DNA of 63,630 nucleotides, filler included, from Octopus bimaculoides (Eukaryota), in NCBI RefSeq assembly GCF_001194135.2. It is 4 parts of 4 records of this genome, joined end to end, with 100 filler letters (N's around TTAATTAATTAA, not from the genome) between each part and the next. Parts side by side here need not be neighbours in the genome. Positions count along the whole stretch, not along the records: positions 23,402 to 42,444 come from NC_068986.1; 3 more parts are not named here. The stretch is one strand, 5' to 3'. The position numbers and the translations under genes are program-made. Below are positions 26,185-39,677 of the stretch, piece after piece (position 1 is the stretch's first letter; the number at the start of each line of letters is the position of its first letter). Below the pieces are notes generated by a model, which did no database searches, was not told where the DNA came from, and saw nothing but the letters and a program-made list of their open reading frames with translations.

Positions 26185-26394
26185 GGAAGGTGTTTATAAG
26201 CCATTTAAAATAACACACAAAAACCGTTAGATTCACTTCAACATTTAAATTTAATTTGTCAAAATATTTTCGTCGCTTTGAGACCGCGACCTGTTCACTG
26301 ACAGAATTCTGTGCAGCATCACAGATGCAGCACAATGTTGAAGTGAATCTAACGGTTTTTGTGTGTTATTTTAAATGGCTTATAAACACCTTCC
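26185..26394. repeat. Perfect 61-bp inverted repeat (26185-26245 / 26334-26394) with 88-nt spacer, PLE-type inverted terminal structure
   Basis: GGAAGGTGTTTATAAGCCATTTAAAATAACACACAAAAACCGTTAGATTCACTTCAACATT and its exact reverse complement, checked base by base. Confidence 0.95.
26257..26303 (-). ncRNA. Hammerhead-like variant with G3-C8 core (GUGAACA)
   Basis: Minus strand reads TGTCA-GTGAACA-G-GTCGC-ggtctcaaa-GCGAC-GAA-AATATT-T-TGACA. All three stems form in type I order; core positions 3 and 8 are swapped relative to CUGANGA. Confidence 0.55.
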
Positions 26395-28444
26395 GTGTGT
26401 GTGTGTGTGTATATATATATATACCAGAGAAACTGAGAAGCTGGCTCTATACCTCTTACTGAGTAATGTGGAATAACTAATATCTGTTATGACCACTTTT
26501 GCATATTTCTTTTAGTACAGCCCTCATATATCAGTCAGGTATTTTAAAGTTGACTCACTTAGAAATACACTTTCCCTACAGATTTATGGTTTTCTGGTAG
26601 CTAAAGTTAAAAATCATTAGCATTAATATTATCTACTAGTATTATTATTATTATTATTATCAAATTGGTAATGATAATATTGTTGTTATTAAATAAATTA
26701 TTAATAGCGTTATTATTAATACTAATAATAATATCATTGTGTAGCGCCATGTCAGCTCTGATCAAGCAGACCTATTATCAAAGACGATCCAGCTGTAACC
26801 ATTCCATGTTTTTTTTCATTTTTTTTACATGTTATTAGGCATAATGTATCAAGGACTACATTATCAAATAGCAATTATTTTCATTGCTAGCATGAGTTAG
26901 GTGGACTTAAATAATGATGAGTTTTCTCTTATCTGCATGCTGTGGTCAATAGTCGAGGCATCTAACTGTAAAAATATCCACTTCACTGACTCCTGCCTGG
27001 GTACCTGTTGTAATCATCGTTATTGCCTGTGATGTCGATATGGTTGACAGATGGGGATTGAACTGCCAGATCTAGATAACCCAGTGACAAGTATTGGGGG
27101 GGAAAAAAAAAAACATAATGGATGGTAAATGAAATGATGATAATGGTGGTGGTGGCTGTGTGATGGTACCTGCAAACAATATTTCGGTTCCTTTAGTCTT
27201 TGTTCTGTGAATGTCCACCTTATTTAAATGGTTTGGCTATTTTTCATATTATTGCGACTTCCATATCCCTCCCACTAGCTAAGGAAATTCAGGACACACA
27301 TGTATTTCCACACACATATGTACGCACATGCATACATGCATACACACACATACACATACACACACATGCATATCTGTATATGGACACTCACATGCAAAAG
27401 CATACACACAATTTCTTGCAAGAAATAAATTTTTGCAACTTGAAATGATAATTTAAAAAAAAAAAAAAAATAATAATAAATAAAGAATAAAAAATAACAA
27501 AACAAACCCCTGAATTACAATAAAAAAAGAAATTATTAAAATTGATTTAGGAGTTGGCAGTGATAACATTTAAAAAGATAGTTTGTTAAATTCATTCTTT
27601 AATTATTTGCTTGATGAAATATAAATGCATTAAGCTCTAATTAACTCAGCTTTCATCCATGTTGCAATTCTAATTTGTTCTATTTCATTTTATCTTTTAC
27701 CCCCACTCCCTCTCTCTTTCTATCTATCTATCTATCTATCTATCTATATCTATCTATCAATCTATCTATCCATTTTCTGTTCCTTGTTCTGTTTTCTCTT
27801 CTTACTTAAAAAAAAGTAGTAGTTTGTTAAATTATTTTTTATTCATTTTTAATTTTACACATTTTTATTTACTTCTAATTTTATTGCACCCACCACCACC
27901 ACCACCACCACCACCATCACCATTATTACTATTCTTACACTGATTAGGGTGTGGGATTGGATAAATTGGTTGAGTGTTGGACAAAATGTTTCACTTGATT
28001 TCGTTACATCCCTTTATGTTTTGAGTTCAAATCTCATTGGCAGTTGACTTAGCCTTTTATCTCTTCGCACTTGATATAATAAGTCCCACTACTAGAAGTG
28101 ATTCAGTGAATTGCACCTCTTCTTAACGATTTTCAGGCTATTGATAATCATGGAAAAAACATCATCATCAAGGCAGCGAGATGGCAGAATTGTTAGCATG
28201 CTGGGCAAATTGCTTAGTGGTATTTCGACCATCTTTATGTTCTGAGTTCAAATTCTGCCAAGGTTGACTTTGCCTTTCATTCTTTTGGGGTCGATAAATT
28301 AAGTACCAGTCAAGTACTTGGGTTGATGTAACCTACTTTACTCCCCCCACCAATTTCAGGTCTTGTGCCTATAGTAAAAAGAATTATTATTATTATTATT
28401 ATTATCATTATTATTATTATATGTATATATAGACACACACACAC

Positions 28445-28475
<31 letters not shown>

Positions 28476-29179
28476 GTCACTGTATCATTCATTCTATCAG
28501 ATGTTGTTATACACAGTTAGTTCTTCTTGAATGATGCCACAACCACTGGCTAGCTAGGCAGGTAGACCAACATTCCCCTTGAACATGATGATAGTCTGTC
28601 ACAGGGTTATCCATTTACAGCTGAGTAGACTGCAGCAACACGAAATAAAGTGTTCTTGCTCAGAAACAATGCACCGTTTATCTGAGAATCGAAACCATGA
28701 CCTTGGGTTCTCAAATGCAACAACCTAACCACTAGGCTATGCCACATGCACGCACACATGCACACACACACACACACTCACATCTATATATCTATAAAAC
28801 TTTATTTACATATTTGGTTGTGTCTTTTCTTATTGCTTCTTATCAAACTTGATGTCATACCTCCATTGTCTTCTAATATCCTTTATCCATTTACCTTTAA
28901 GGCAAGGAAACAAATCACCATTGTCACAATCATCTACATTATTGTTATTACTATACAATACATTATTGCTGCCATCAGCAATTGTCTTGAGCCTTATTCC
29001 ACCACTTCTCATTGAAAACTGCTGCAGTCATCAACATAATGGTTGGATGCTTTTGTACTATCAATTTCATACTTTGAAATGAGTTGAAATATTATGTATA
29101 TATATCTGGAGGAAGGGACAGTGGGCATGACCTTTGCATTCTCTCTGAGAATGATGCCATTAATGAGTGAGTTTAATGC

Positions 29180-29790
29180 CATTAATGTTTAGTTTTAACT
29201 GGTGTAGAACAAACACCTCTAGAGAAGATATGAACAGAGAGAAGATTCTAGAAAGCTGGTATTCTAAGGAGAAGGAATTGGGTATTGTGATTAGTTGGGG
29301 GCTAGAGAAGGAAGATGGTTACTACAAGAGGATGAGAAGTGGAGAGATGAGTTGGTCAGAGGCACCTGCATGATGTAGGTAAGAGACCAGCCAGCTCCAG
29401 TAAGTAGAGGCCATTATAGTGCCAACAGAAAAGAGAGAAGAAACATTATGCATGTGGGCCAAGGGGTAGAGTGTGTCAGCTAGTGATTGGAAACCAATTA
29501 GTTGAATGGCACTTCTCTGTGTGTGGTCCAAAATGTCTGTATGCATTGCAGCAGCACTATCTTAGATGTGAAATGGTGCTGTTTCACTGTGGACATCACT
29601 TCAGCCTTGTAGAGTGTCAGCAGTTATTGAGGGTTGAAATATATCCTAGCCCTGTGAAGAGAAGGGCCAGTCTCTGGTCTGCGGTCCAAGCTATGCGAAG
29701 GATGTGCTTTTGCCAGAGAAGATCCTTGGTGAGAGTGAAGCCCAACATTTGGAGTGAGCACAGGAGTTCTAGCTGAGTGCTACTCATGTT
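29180..29790 (-). mobile_element. CR1-group (L2/Crack/Daphne-like) LINE 3' RT relic
   Basis: Minus-strand LGFTLTKDLLWQKHILRIA...LLTLYKAEV and HTDILDHTQRSAIQLIGFQSLADTLYPLAHMHNVSSL resemble the conserved post-RT region LG.T...DLSW..HI...LYKA.VRP..EY...LDRIQRRA..LIG...L.PL.HRR.V.SL. Confidence 0.75.
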
Positions 29791-30452
29791 GATGTTGGAG
29801 CTTTCTTGTTAAGTGTAGAGCTTAAGTTGTATGTTTAATTTTTTTTATTATTTAAAGAGACAAGTTTCTCATAGACTCACTGTGCAATGTTTTCAAGGTC
29901 TGCATTCATAGAACCATTGCAAGTTAGATGCATGGTGTCTAAGTTGTGCATGTATGTATATTATTTAGTGAGAGAGCAGTGCATACCATCAAAGTGACAC
30001 TTGGGTGAAATATACGAAGCCCAGTATACCCATCATGACTACCTGTCTGATAAGGGTACACTAGGCACATGCATGACATGGTGATGTCGTATTAAGATAA
30101 ACAGTAATGTATGTGTGTGTGTGTGTGTGTGTGCATGTTGCTTATCATTTGTTATAGAATAAAATGAATTGTCATCACTTCTTTCAGCAACGAGTATTCC
30201 AATTGTCTGGTCAACTATAGTACCTAGTAAATTGAATTAACATGTAAGCAGTTGCTTGGTTGGCGAGGTATTTCTAGAGAGTGACCAGCCTTGATCTTTG
30301 AATTAGAGGTACAATCAGTATCCATCTAGCCATCTTCACTCACAAACTAGATTTTGAGCCCAAAATCACATTATTGTAAAGTGAATTTCTTAGCTACTCA
30401 GTCATGCATACATGCATACATACATACATGCATACATACATACATGCATACA

Positions 30453-30505
<53 letters not shown>

Positions 30506-31139
30506 GGTATGTGACCTAGTGGTTAGAGCTATGCACACATGATTGCTAGATCATGAGTTCAGTTCTTGGCCCAGGTGGCATATTGTGTTCTTGAGCAAAA
30601 GAGTTCCTTTTAAGTTGCTCAAGTGAATGAGAGAGCACCAGAATCATTTGTGCACGTGCACAAATGCTTTGCAGTTTACCTTGTAAACTCAGAACTCTGT
30701 ATATTCTGAGTTTAAATCCCACCTGACTGAAGGAGGCGATGGGAAACCACTCCAGTATTCATCCCAAGTTTAAATATGGCTGTAATTCCAGTAATCCACT
30801 TAATGGTGGCAGGGAGAGGTATGGGCCCTCCCAAGTCATATAATGAGTGCTGGATAAAGTTAATATGCACAGGACTTTACTGAGGATGGTGCACCACTAG
30901 ACTAGATGTGTGTGTGTGTGTGTGTGTTATTGTTCTAACTTCCACTTTTCCATATGTGCATGGATCAGATTGAATTTGTTGAAGCAGTTTTTTTTTTTTT
31001 GTTATGGCTTTAGTAGAAGACACATCTCCAAGGTGCCATACAGTGGGACTGAACTCAGAACCAAGTGGTTGAGAAGCAAGCCTCTCAACGAAACAGCCAT
31101 AGCCATATATATAGATATATATGTGTGTGTATGTATATG

Positions 31140-31195
<56 letters not shown>

Positions 31196-31525
31196 AAGTA
31201 CATACACTACACACATGCACATATGTTCCTTTCATTCTTTCCCCCCATTTTTTTTTTCATTTGGTCAGAATTCTTAGAAATATATACATTACAAAATTTG
31301 TTCTAATGGCCATTTTTTGTTTTTTTTTAATTTAAAAAAAGAATTTAAATGCTTTTTCTAATGTATTTTTTTGTTTTTTCTTTGGCACATGTATTAATTT
31401 TTTATTTGCTGTTTTATAGCTTTTCTCTTCGTTCTTTTGCTGCTCCTGGTTTGCTTTTATTTCCAATTTCACTGTTGTTGTTGTTGTTGTTGTTGTTGTT
31501 AATATTATTATTATTTCAACAGAAA

Positions 31526-31565
<40 letters not shown>

Positions 31566-32126
31566 TACTATTATATTATTGTTATTATTATCAATTTTAT
31601 TATTTTTCATTTTCAATTTACACCATTAGCAGTTGGCTAAAACACATTGCTGATTTGATAAAACAGAATTAGATTTCACAAATGTAATGTTTCTGACTAT
31701 AATAACGCATCAACAACAACAACAACAGCAGTAGTAGTAATAATAATAATAATAATAATAATAATGATTATAGTAATGATAATAGGGAAGAAAGGAAGAA
31801 AATATAATGACACTGAAAGTAATACTAATATAATAAAGCAAAAAAAAAACAAAAAAACAAAGCAAGAATAAATAAATAAAAGAGATTTGTTGCTGCTGGA
31901 CTGCCATTAAATCAATAAGTTGCTAGATTTAGATTATAAAAGAGGACATTATCTCCCTCCTCCCTAAAATATTTTAGATGCTAACTCTATTTCTATATTG
32001 TATTTCAAATGATTCATATTCTGTTTAATTTTGTATACTATCACCATTAAAATTGGAGTTCACTTGCTTTGTTTTATTTGTGTTTTTTTTTGTATTACTT
32101 TATAATTTTATTTTTCAGTCATTGAG

Positions 32127-32175
<49 letters not shown>

Positions 32176-32756
32176 TATCATCATCATCATCATCGTCGTT
32201 GTTGTTGTTGTTTTTTTGTTTTGTTGTTTGGTTGATGTTCCTCTTTAAAGACCTGCTTTTCGGTATTTCATATTTGTTTTCTTCTCCTCCTCCTCTCCCC
32301 AACACTTCCCCCTCCATTAGGGACAATGATAACTTCAATTGCGTATCTTTTTTTTTCTTATTTTTCCTCTCGCCCCTCCCCCACTCTTCAGTGAAATTTA
32401 TGTTTGTATTCATTATGCCTATAGTGTTTGTTGTCAGCTTGATATAGCATTTCTTAGCTACCCTCTCCCACCTATTACCACCACCACCACCATCACCATC
32501 ACCACTACCACTGCTACACAAACATGCACACACATTCCCGTTGCAGAATACTAAGTTACTAAAAACTTGTTGCAGTAGAAGTACAAGATATGTACATGAG
32601 ATAATTCTGGATATTTAAATTTCGTTGCGCATTTCAATGTTCACCAAACTCATTCTTAATACCATTTTCCATCATGTGATTTGTTTATCTATTTGATAAA
32701 TAGATTACAAAACTGTGGGTGTGGGGTTTTTGAAAAAGTTACTTTGCAAATATCTC

Positions 32757-32791
<35 letters not shown>

Positions 32792-32840
32792 ATAAAGCCT
32801 TTGTTGGTCATTAGGTTCGCTATGTAATTGCACCTGATGT

Positions 32841-33213
32841 GGAGACACAATGGCCCAGTGGTTAGGGCAGTGGACTCGCGGTCATAGGATCGCGGTTTCG
32901 ATTCCCAGACCGGGCGTTGTGAGTGTTTATTGAGCGAAAACACCTGAAACTCCACAAGGCTCCGACAGGAGATGGTGGCGAACCCTGCTGTACTCTTTCA
33001 CCATAACTTTCTCTCACTCTTTCTTCCTGTTTCTGTTGTACCTTTATTTCAAAGGGCCAGCCTTGTCACACTGTGTCACGCTGAATATCCCCGAGAACTA
33101 CGTTAAGGGTACACGTGTCTGTGGAGTGCTCAGCCACTTGCACATTAATTTCACGAGCAGGCTGTTCCATTGATCGGATCAACTGGAACCATTGACGTCG
33201 TAAGCGACGGAGT
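32841..33213 (+). mobile_element. tRNA-derived SINE family E, well-preserved copy
   Basis: Pol III A box TGGCCCAGTGG and B box GGTTTCGATTCC in a tRNA-like head; retains many CpGs. Confidence 0.75.
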
Positions 33214-33744
33214 AATTGCACCTGGAGAAATCTTCAAAGTGCTGGCTTGGGCAGGTTTAACTGGAGAAGACCAGTTGTCCATGGATGCAAGCCTCCTCCT
33301 CCTGGTACCACTGTTTTCAAAGGGTAAGGCAAGGCCAGTGCAGAATATCACCAGTGACCCAGTGACATGCCAGGTGTTGCCTTCAAAATGCTGGGAGCCA
33401 AGAGCAAATACTGATGTTGTAACAATTCTGCCTGACCACGACCCCAAACTGGTCCTCCTTTTTTTTTTTTTTTTATTGGCTCTGAAAGGAAGAAAAGCAA
33501 AGTTGAATTTTTTAGTGTAGAGAGCCAAAACAAATACTGCAACTTTGGCAATTCATCACCCACACATAACCACTATGCAAGCATATGCATGCACGCATAT
33601 GCGCATGCGCGCACACATACACACACAGAGTACAAGGGAACAAAGGAAAAGATTGTATGTATAGTTTATAGAATTTCTATGTGATTGATCTTGATGGCAG
33701 ATTCAATTCCACTGGGATTGGAAACAGGCTTCTAGAGCATAAAA

Positions 33745-34156
33745 CTTTTATTCGTTTACTCTTTTGTTTCAGTCATTTGACTGCAGCCATGCTGGAGCAC
33801 CACCTTTAGTCGAGCAAATCAACCCCGGGGCTTATTCTTTGTAAGCCTTGTAGTTATTCTATCGGTCCCTTTTGTCGAACTACTAAGTTACGGGGAGGTA
33901 AACACACCAGCATCGATTGTCAAGCGAGTTGGGTGGGGGTGGGGGAAACAAACACAGACACACAAACACACATATATGTATATACATATACATATGTACG
34001 ACAGGCTTCTTTCAGTTTCCGTCTCCCAAATCCACTCACAAGGCTTTGGTCGACCTGAGGCTATGGTAGAAAACGCTTGCCCAAGGTACCACACAGTGGG
34101 ACTGAACCCGGAACCATGTGGCTGGTAAGCAAGCTACTTACCACACAGCCACTCCT
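33745..34156 (-). mobile_element. SINE family A copy
   Basis: Collinear with 39678-40088. Confidence 0.8.
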
Positions 34157-35162
34157 GTACCTATACATACAGTATTAGCCATCTGCACTATTACTCCTCT
34201 GGAGAAATATATTGGCTTTGCTTTATGGTATAAAAGTCACAAATTTGTATCTAATGGATTTTGTTCATTGGTACATATTTTCATTCTGCTCATCCTCTTG
34301 GCCTGGACTGGCCCTTTTTTTTTCTATTCTAAAAGGATCAAAAGTACAGTTGACTTCAGTAGGATTTGAACTCTGAGCATAGAAGCAAAACAATTACCAC
34401 AGAGTTAGATTTGTTCAGTTATCTTAACATCTATGTTAATACAGTGAATGAATTTTACAGACTCGTGACATTTCATGAATAAAAAGACAAAAAAATCAAG
34501 TTGGGTTAAGACATATTTTCGCAGCATAAGAATCTCAGTATCATTTTCCAGAAAGGAAAAGCAATAGTTTGTCCCTTTTAGAAATACTCTGTGATAGGTT
34601 ATGGCTGTAACAAGCGACAAACAAATAAAAGCTGAAAGAGTGATGCTGTTAAAATATGCCCTAGTCTGCTAGAATATATTTTAGAAGTTTTCTGATGTTA
34701 GCATTTTCTAAATAACGTTAGTGGCTTAATTAATGGAAAGAGATTGAATATGGGTTTTGAATTCTGGCTTCCAAGTTTACTCCTACTTAAAGACCTCCGT
34801 TGGTCATAAATGACTATGGGATTGCACTCAGAAAGTTACCCTCCGAGGCACAAGTCTGGGCAAGGTTGTTTATGGAAGACCAGCAGTCACCCATGCATAC
34901 TGTCTTCCTCTCTCCATGTCACTGACGTTATCCAAGGGAAAGCAAAGGCTGATACAGCAGGTCTTCTCAAGCATATCATACCCCCNNNNNNNNNNNNNNN
35001 NNNNNNNNNNNNNNNNNNNNNNNNNNNNNNNNNNNNNNNNNNNNNNNNNNNNNNNNNNNNNNNNNNNNNNNNNNNNNNNNNNNNNNNNNNNNNNNNNNNN
35101 NNNNNNNNNNNNNNNNNNNNNNNNNNNNNNNNNNNNNNNNNNNNNNNNNNNNNNNNNNNNNN

Positions 35163-35207
<45 letters not shown>

Positions 35208-35363
35208 GCACCAACTCTGAATAAGGACTGGGGGCACATCCCACATTGTATAGCCTCCCAAATGCTGCTGACATAATAATATGCTGTGAGTTTGCACTAT
35301 AAGCAATGCATAGTAACAAAGTTGGTCAGTTTTTTGCTGCTCTATGTGCAGGGTGATGTAGAC

Positions 35364-35667
35364 TGGTGGTTCCTAAACTTTTGGGGGCTGCTGCCCCCTT
35401 GGCACCCAGGCCATGTTCCTAATGCTCCTCCTCCATTTACCACCACAAACATGGACCACTTTCTGCAGCAAATTCAAAACAACTGAATTTCACAGATAAA
35501 ACTTAACCTATTCGACCCATTATTTTGTTTGTTTTCACTCCTTCGCCCCCTTTTGACTACCCTGTTATTGCCCCACTTTTCTTCAATGCCTCCCCTCCCC
35601 CGATCTTTTCACTACCCCCACCCCCGTGTTGGGAGGGGGGCAGTGCCGCTGACTTTGGAAACCACTG
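35364..35667. mobile_element. hAT-type MITE with 8-bp TSD
   Basis: Degenerate TIRs tggtggttcctaaac / ctttggaaaccactg (CAGTGGTT type), flanked by atgtagac and ttgtagac (7/8 identical). Confidence 0.65.
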
Positions 35668-37625
35668 TTGTAGACTGTAGCAACCTATCCTACCTATGTG
35701 CAAGGAAAGAGTGGGTATAAAATGACAAGGTGTTTGTGTATGTGCATAAATATATGTGTGTGTTTGTATGTATGTGTGTGCATAAATAAGTATATGTGTG
35801 TGTGTATGTATGTCTGTGTGCATAAATATATGTGTGTGTGTGTGTGCATAAATAAGTATATGTGTGTGTGTGTATCATTGATCGACCAGAGATGTTTTTA
35901 TACACAGCTGGTCACTATGTACTTTCTTGCATTGTTGTAGATTTTGAACGATGCTAGTCTGCTTGCTTGGCAGGCAAGCAGGCAGGCAAACATTGCCCTT
36001 GAAGAGAACATCAGTCTGTCTCAGGGTTACCCATTTACAGCTGAGTGGACATAGGGTACATGGCTTGGTAGTTAAGCTCTTGATTTGATTTCTGGACCAG
36101 GTGACTTGTTGTGTTCTTGTGCAAGGCATTCGATCTCATGTTGCTCCAGTCTACTCTACTAAAATGAATACCAGTCCAGTGTTGGTGTGGCTCTCTGTTT
36201 CCTTCCACTTATCCCATCTTGGACATTCCTCTGGATCAAGAAGAGGAGTTTGGGGCTGAGAGAGTGCCTTTCATTGTTTGCGACCACACAGATGCCTAAA
36301 CCAATTAAAGAACACATGTTATCAAGTCATTGTCGATTCCATATAACAGCTGTGTAAATATGTATGTCCATTTTCACATTGTTTGTACAAGTTTATTATA
36401 TACTAACATTTCATGTGTCTGGATTCTATGTTACCACCCATCCTGTAAACAACACTAGCCTATATTGTGTTGAACTTTAGAGGTTTGAACAGTAACATAA
36501 TAGCATTATCTTTATGATCATCAATGGAAGTTGAGTACATCTACTTATTACTAGTCATCAGTACTTGAAAAAACATCAACCAACGAAAATGACCTGAGAT
36601 ATTCCATATCATCTAAACCCATGCAACCTTGAAACAGCAGATGCACTTGCAATATACTTACAACATTGCGTTGCTGTTTCCATCCTGTCTTGTTACATAC
36701 ACCAACCAACTTGGAAGCAGTACAAAATTTCAAGTCATTTTTAATTGTTTAACTCTTGTTTGTAAAATTTCTTGGCAAAGATTTAATCTCATTTGTGTGG
36801 CGCCTTTGTGCATCTCCTACCATATTTAAGGCATCTATGTTTGTCATGTATTGTATCATTTCATGTATGAGAATAACAGAGAATATATTGTTTCATCTTT
36901 CACACAGCTTGAAGTGTAAGTTGTATTAGCCAGTCTGTCTCCTAATTCATTCTCCGAAAGTGTTGAATATCTTTTTCTTGAGTATTTTCTCACATTTCAC
37001 TTCGGTTTTCTCTTTAAACAAAAGGCTGTGTATGCGTATGGATATATTTATTTATTTAGATATTTCCTAAAATATATTGCCATGTTGGAAAATGCAAATA
37101 AATAAATAATAAGCAATCATGAATGAATAAATTACTGTAAAGAAAGGAATGTAGGAAGAAAAAAATGTAAAAAAAAAAAAAAGGTAAAAGATAAAAAGCA
37201 GCAAATATGAATTCTCATAAAGAAATATTCTCATTAAACCAGTTTAAAGAAGCTATTGAAATTTACAATTCACACTTGTCTCTATGTACAGGCATGTGGT
37301 ATTGTTTTACAATACACGCATTTAGGTATGTATGAGCATGTGGTATTGTCTTACAAGACACTTACACATTCACATTTGCCTAAGTGTGTGGCATTTGTTT
37401 TGCAATGCACACGCAAACACAAATACACACACAAGCAAGTATAAACATTCCCATACACTCACACACACATATACTTACACACTCATATTTAATACCCTAT
37501 CATATTGTAATTCACCATTATTTTCTAGTAGCCACTTTGACGTGACGATGATGCTAAGTGCTTAAGACTGAGCTGTTATTACAGATTAATTCCCCTATAA
37601 ATTTTTCTTTATAGATAATATTTCA

Positions 37626-37656
<31 letters not shown>

Positions 37657-39677
37657 TGTATGTATGTGTGTGCATATATATAAATTTGTGTATGTATTCA
37701 TAAATGTGTGTGAAAACGGAAAAAATATAATAAATAGGAAAGAAGAAAAATAAACTTAATGAAATAAATGATTTGTTTGCTTGTGTTTTTTGTAAGTTGT
37801 CTCTAAATATTAACATGTTTAATATGTAAATATTTAAATAGATTTTGGTCTTCAACGTTTTCTGTCAATCCGTTAATTTGTCTTTAATTGAAGAAGCGAG
37901 ATTAAGAACAATATTGCTAATGAATTAACTTGATAGAGTCACTCAGTGTTTAAAAGTATTATCGCTAATGAGGAAACTTGATAAATTAGATGTGTATGCG
38001 TATATGTATCTACATTCATATGTTTGTGTATATTCACTCTTGCACGCACATATATATCTATATATATATATGTAAATTTGTACGTGCATACCAATCTGCA
38101 TACACACATACATACAAAATATAAGAACAATACAGTGAAAGAGAGAAAAATTAGAGAGGATATAACTAATTATCAATAATAGGATGGAATATGTAGTTAG
38201 AACATACAATGCAAATTTCAATCAGTTGGAAATTTTTGGCATATGTCATCCAGTACATCATCTTCTACCTGATATAAATAGAATATAGTTGATGTAAACA
38301 GAATTTGTTGTTGTTCTTTTTTTTTTTTGACCCTGTAGCAGTCAGATTATTCTATTGAATAAAATGCTTATTTCTTCATGTTGTTTTCAATTAATCATGC
38401 ATTATTATCTTGTAATTTCGAAATTTTGATGACGTAATTGTTTATTTTTAGAATGGTACTGTAAGGTAGGTGTGAGAGGCCAGATCTGGCTGGTTTGGAC
38501 AAATAACAAGTTGAAATATTTGGGTGGGATATGGCCAGTTTAAATGCTGAAGGGTTACAAAATAGAACCACAAATGGCATATTCCTGATGTAGGATCTAT
38601 ACAAAGAAAACAAAATTTATTTGGCAAACAAGAAACAGTACTACTTTGTATTTCTTAACCCATAGAAGTTAATTTTTCTTTGTAATTTGGTAGCAAACGA
38701 GAACATTTGTTTTGTTGTATCTTGGGAGGGTCATTATGCCAACAATAAACACATGCACTGCTTTTATTTCACTTCTTTATTTTTATTACTCAATTTGTTA
38801 ACCATTTAATCAGTCAACTAATCAATTGTTGGAGTAATCATTTGGTCAGTCAATCAGCAAGGTTTGTCAAAGGCATTTCACTGTCTTTCTTGATCTTATC
38901 AATCACATACCCTCTCAACTCCTGGTCTGCTTCTTAACACCACCACCACTATTATTATTATTATTGTTACCATCTTCAGTGTCATCAACATCGTCATTAT
39001 TATTTAGTGAGTATATTCTGTGCTGGCCCGGGTTAGATGGTTTGACAGGATCTGACAGGTCACAAGATTGTGTTGAGCTCCATTGACTGTTTTGGCATAG
39101 TTTCTATGGCTAGATGCCCTTCCTAATACCAACCATTCAACAGAATGTATTGAGTGCTTTCTCATGTTACTGGCATTAGTGAGGTCACAAAGTATCTCAC
39201 AAGACAAACCCTTTGATTGAGGGAATTGGTTTGCACTAGGTATTGAGAGGTAAAAAGAATGATAGAGAGATAGGAACACGTGTTGTACTGTAGAGGAGAT
39301 ACATGGCTACTCCAGCTGAAAAAGAAGATGGTCGTGAAGAGCTATCTGGACATACCACCAAGGTATAAGAGGGTGAATATGAGGGGTATATAGAAAGAGA
39401 GGTAAGAGGGATGAAGTAAATTTGCAAGAGTGTGAGGTGAGTGATGAATGGTTAGAGGTAGCAGTGAATGTAGGGATATAGTGATACAGTGAATGGCAAA
39501 TGGGATGGGGGTAGGATATGGTCAGTGGGGAATATCAGTTTGGAGGATTGTGAAGGGAATAGAAGTGGGTCAAGGTCGAAGAGGGGGTCCATAGATTTAA
39601 ATATTAGTTTATCTAAACACCTGCTTCCTTCTTACATACTCTACGAGATCACTTCTATAACATTGTTTTGGAGTTAT

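Noticed and set aside
32841-32915. tRNA gene
   Set aside because: The tRNA-like A/B boxes continue into a 370-nt SINE body; there is no complete cloverleaf or terminator.
33151-33528. Overlapping 116-125 aa ORFs on both strands
   Set aside because: They begin inside a SINE, run into a poly-T tract and show no recognisable domain or good splice boundaries; probably repeat-derived.
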